A stretch of DNA of 64,000 bases, from NCBI GenBank assembly GCA_963828255.1, contig CAWHDZ010000015.1, positions 160,001-224,000 on the forward strand, read 5' to 3'. Made by a program: the position numbers and the translations under genes. The notes beneath the pieces are model-generated. The model made no database searches and was not told the DNA's origin. It worked only from the letters and a program-made list of their open reading frames with translations. Position 1 is the first letter of the stretch; every line of letters starts with the position of its first letter. This stretch comes from an uncultured delta proteobacterium (GTDB lineage Bacteria > Myxococcota > Myxococcia > Myxococcales > Anaeromyxobacteraceae). Below, in pieces: positions 62,214 through 64,000 of this stretch.

Positions 62214-63230
62214 GTGCGCTTCCTCCTCGTCCACCCGGCCTTCCTCGGCGACACCGTCTTCCTCGGTCCCGCGGTGCGGGCGCTCAAGGCGCGCTGGCCG
62301 GGGAGCGAGGTCGGGCTCGTCGTCTCGCCGCGGGGCGAGCCCGTCGCGAAGGGCCTCCCGGGGGTGGACGAGGTCTTCGTCTTCGACAAGCGACGGGCCG
62401 ACGCCGGCCTGCGCGGGATCCTGCGTCTGGGAGCCCGGTTGCGCGCGTTCGCGCCCGACGTGGCGCTGGTGTCCCACCCCTCGGCGCGATCCGGATCGGT
62501 GGCCTGGCTCTCCCGGGCGCCGCGCCGCATCGGCTACGCGCCGCTCTGCAACGAGCGGGTCTTGCTCGACCGGGGACGCCCCTTCGTGGAGCGCTCGCTC
62601 GCGCTGGCCGGCCGCGCCGGCGCCCCCACCGACGACCGCCGCCTGGCCCTCGACCCTCCTCCGGAACTGGCGGGCTATGCAGCCGAGGTGCTCCGGGGGG
62701 CCCGCCGCCCGGTGATCGGCATCGTCCCGGGCGCCGAGTGGGCCACCAAGCGCTGGGGCGAGGAGCGCTTCGCCGCCCTGGCTCGCGGGCTCGCCGCGTC
62801 CGGCGCCACCATCCTCGTCCTGGGTGGTCCCTCGGAGCGGGAGATGGCCCGCGCCATCGCCGACGGCAGCGGGGTCGCGGTGGTCGACAGCACCGGGAAC
62901 TCCATCTCCGAGGCCATCGCGCTTCTCTCCCGCTGCGACCTCGTGATCGGGGGCGATACCGGCCTCGTGCACTGCGCCCGCGCCCTGGGGCGCCCCACGG
63001 TGCTCCTCTTCGGCCCCACCGACCCGACGCGCCACGTCCTCGGCCAGGGGGACCGCGTGGTCCGCGTCGCGCTCGACTGCTCCCCGTGCCACGATCACGG
63101 TCCGGAGCGCTGCCCGCTCGGACACCACCACTGCATGACCGAACTCCCGGCAACCGAGGTGGAGCGCCAGGCGCGCGCCCTGCTGGCGGCGGGGACGGAA
63201 CCGGGCGCCCAGGCGAGGAAGAACGAATGA
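62214..63230 (+). CDS. waaF: LPS heptosyltransferase (GT9)
   Basis: FLGDTV, PGAEWATKRW, DTGLVH.A.ALG.P.V.LFGPT, CSPC...C...HH.CM. Confidence 0.78.
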   Translation: MRFLLVHPAFLGDTVFLGPAVRALKARWPGSEVGLVVSPRGEPVAKGLPGVDEVFVFDKRRADAGLRGILRLGARLRAFAPDVALVSHPSARSGSVAWLSRAPRRIGYAPLCNERVLLDRGRPFVERSLALAGRAGAPTDDRRLALDPPPELAGYAAEVLRGARRPVIGIVPGAEWATKRWGEERFAALARGLAASGATILVLGGPSEREMARAIADGSGVAVVDSTGNSISEAIALLSRCDLVIGGDTGLVHCARALGRPTVLLFGPTDPTRHVLGQGDRVVRVALDCSPCHDHGPERCPLGHHHCMTELPATEVERQARALLAAGTEPGAQARKNE

Positions 63231-64000
63231 TCCGGAGCATGACCGGCTTTGGCGCCGGGCGGGGCGGCGCCGCGGACGAGACCATGGAGGTCGAGGTCCG
63301 CTCGGTGAACCACAAGTTCTGCGAGGTCAAGGCCCGCCTTCCCCGGGAGATGGCGGCGCTGGAGACCGACCTGGTCCGGCGGGTGAAGGACCGGCTGGCC
63401 CGGGGTGGGGTGGAGTTCTCCCTGCGCCGGTCGGCGGCGCGCGCAGCCCTCTCCCCGCGGGTGGACGTGGAGCTCGCCGCCGCTTACGCCCGGGCCTTCG
63501 AGGAGGTCCGGGAGCGGCTGGGGCTCTCCGGGCAGGTCTCGCTCTCCGAGGTGCTCGCCGCCGCCGGCGTGGTGACGCTGGAGGAGCGGGCGGTGGACCT
63601 CGAGTCGGCCCGGTCCGCCGCAGGGGAGGCCCTCACGGCCGCCCTCGACGCGCTCGTCTCCATGCGGGAGCAGGAGGGGGCGGCCCTGGCCCGGGACCTG
63701 GAAGGGAGGCTCTCGGTGGTGGAGGGCGTGGCGGCGCGGCTGGCCGGGCTCTCTCCACGCTCGGTGGAGGACTACCGCGCCCGGCTCCACGAGCGGGTGA
63801 CCGAGCTCTCCCGCGGGCTGGCGCCCGACCCGGTGCGCCTGGCCACCGAGGTGGCGCTCTTCGCCGACCGCACCGACGTGACCGAGGAGGTGACCCGCCT
63901 GGCGAGCCACGTGGCCCAGATGCGCGGGTTGCTCGCCTCGGGCGAGCCGGCCGGACGCAAGATGGACTTCCTCGTGCAGGAGATGCACCGGGAGGCGAAC
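63227..64000 (+). CDS. yicC: YicC/YloC family endoribonuclease (partial)
   Basis: Own translation: MIRSMTGFG, EVRSVNHKF, DVTEEVTRL.SH, GRKMDFLVQEMHREAN. Confidence 0.9.
   Translation, partial: MIRSMTGFGAGRGGAADETMEVEVRSVNHKFCEVKARLPREMAALETDLVRRVKDRLARGGVEFSLRRSAARAALSPRVDVELAAAYARAFEEVRERLGLSGQVSLSEVLAAAGVVTLEERAVDLESARSAAGEALTAALDALVSMREQEGAALARDLEGRLSVVEGVAARLAGLSPRSVEDYRARLHERVTELSRGLAPDPVRLATEVALFADRTDVTEEVTRLASHVAQMRGLLASGEPAGRKMDFLVQEMHREAN

Overview
Very GC-rich (about 70% by eye) chromosomal window. Gene content and style suggest an Anaeromyxobacter-like myxobacterium (inference). Most long ORFs in the supplied track are GC-rich shadow frames; about 55 real CDSs can be read. In order: a partial PAS regulator divergent from a sigma54-type promoter and a 2-oxoacid oxidoreductase operon with a gamma/flavoprotein/delta fusion; two divergent KamA-family aminomutases; dedA-spoIID-queA-PilZ-tgt-yajC-secDF; a four-gene translationally coupled redox operon; a highly structured intergenic element; serC; a decayed integrase beside tRNA-Lys(UUU); sdhCAB; a Cu-type P1B ATPase; lpxB; a frameshifted GT2; a degenerate EF-G paralog; and a lipid A/LPS core cluster. 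The best candidate for an undescribed system is 16444-22995. It encodes a ferredoxin + circularly permuted NADPH-type flavoprotein + diheme-b membrane domain fusion, a 20-heme and a 10-heme cytochrome c whose repeat register runs on across the gene junction, and an outer-membrane beta-barrel. Together these could form a quinone-independent electron wire from NAD(P)H to the cell surface. All calls come from motif recognition by eye; no searches were run.
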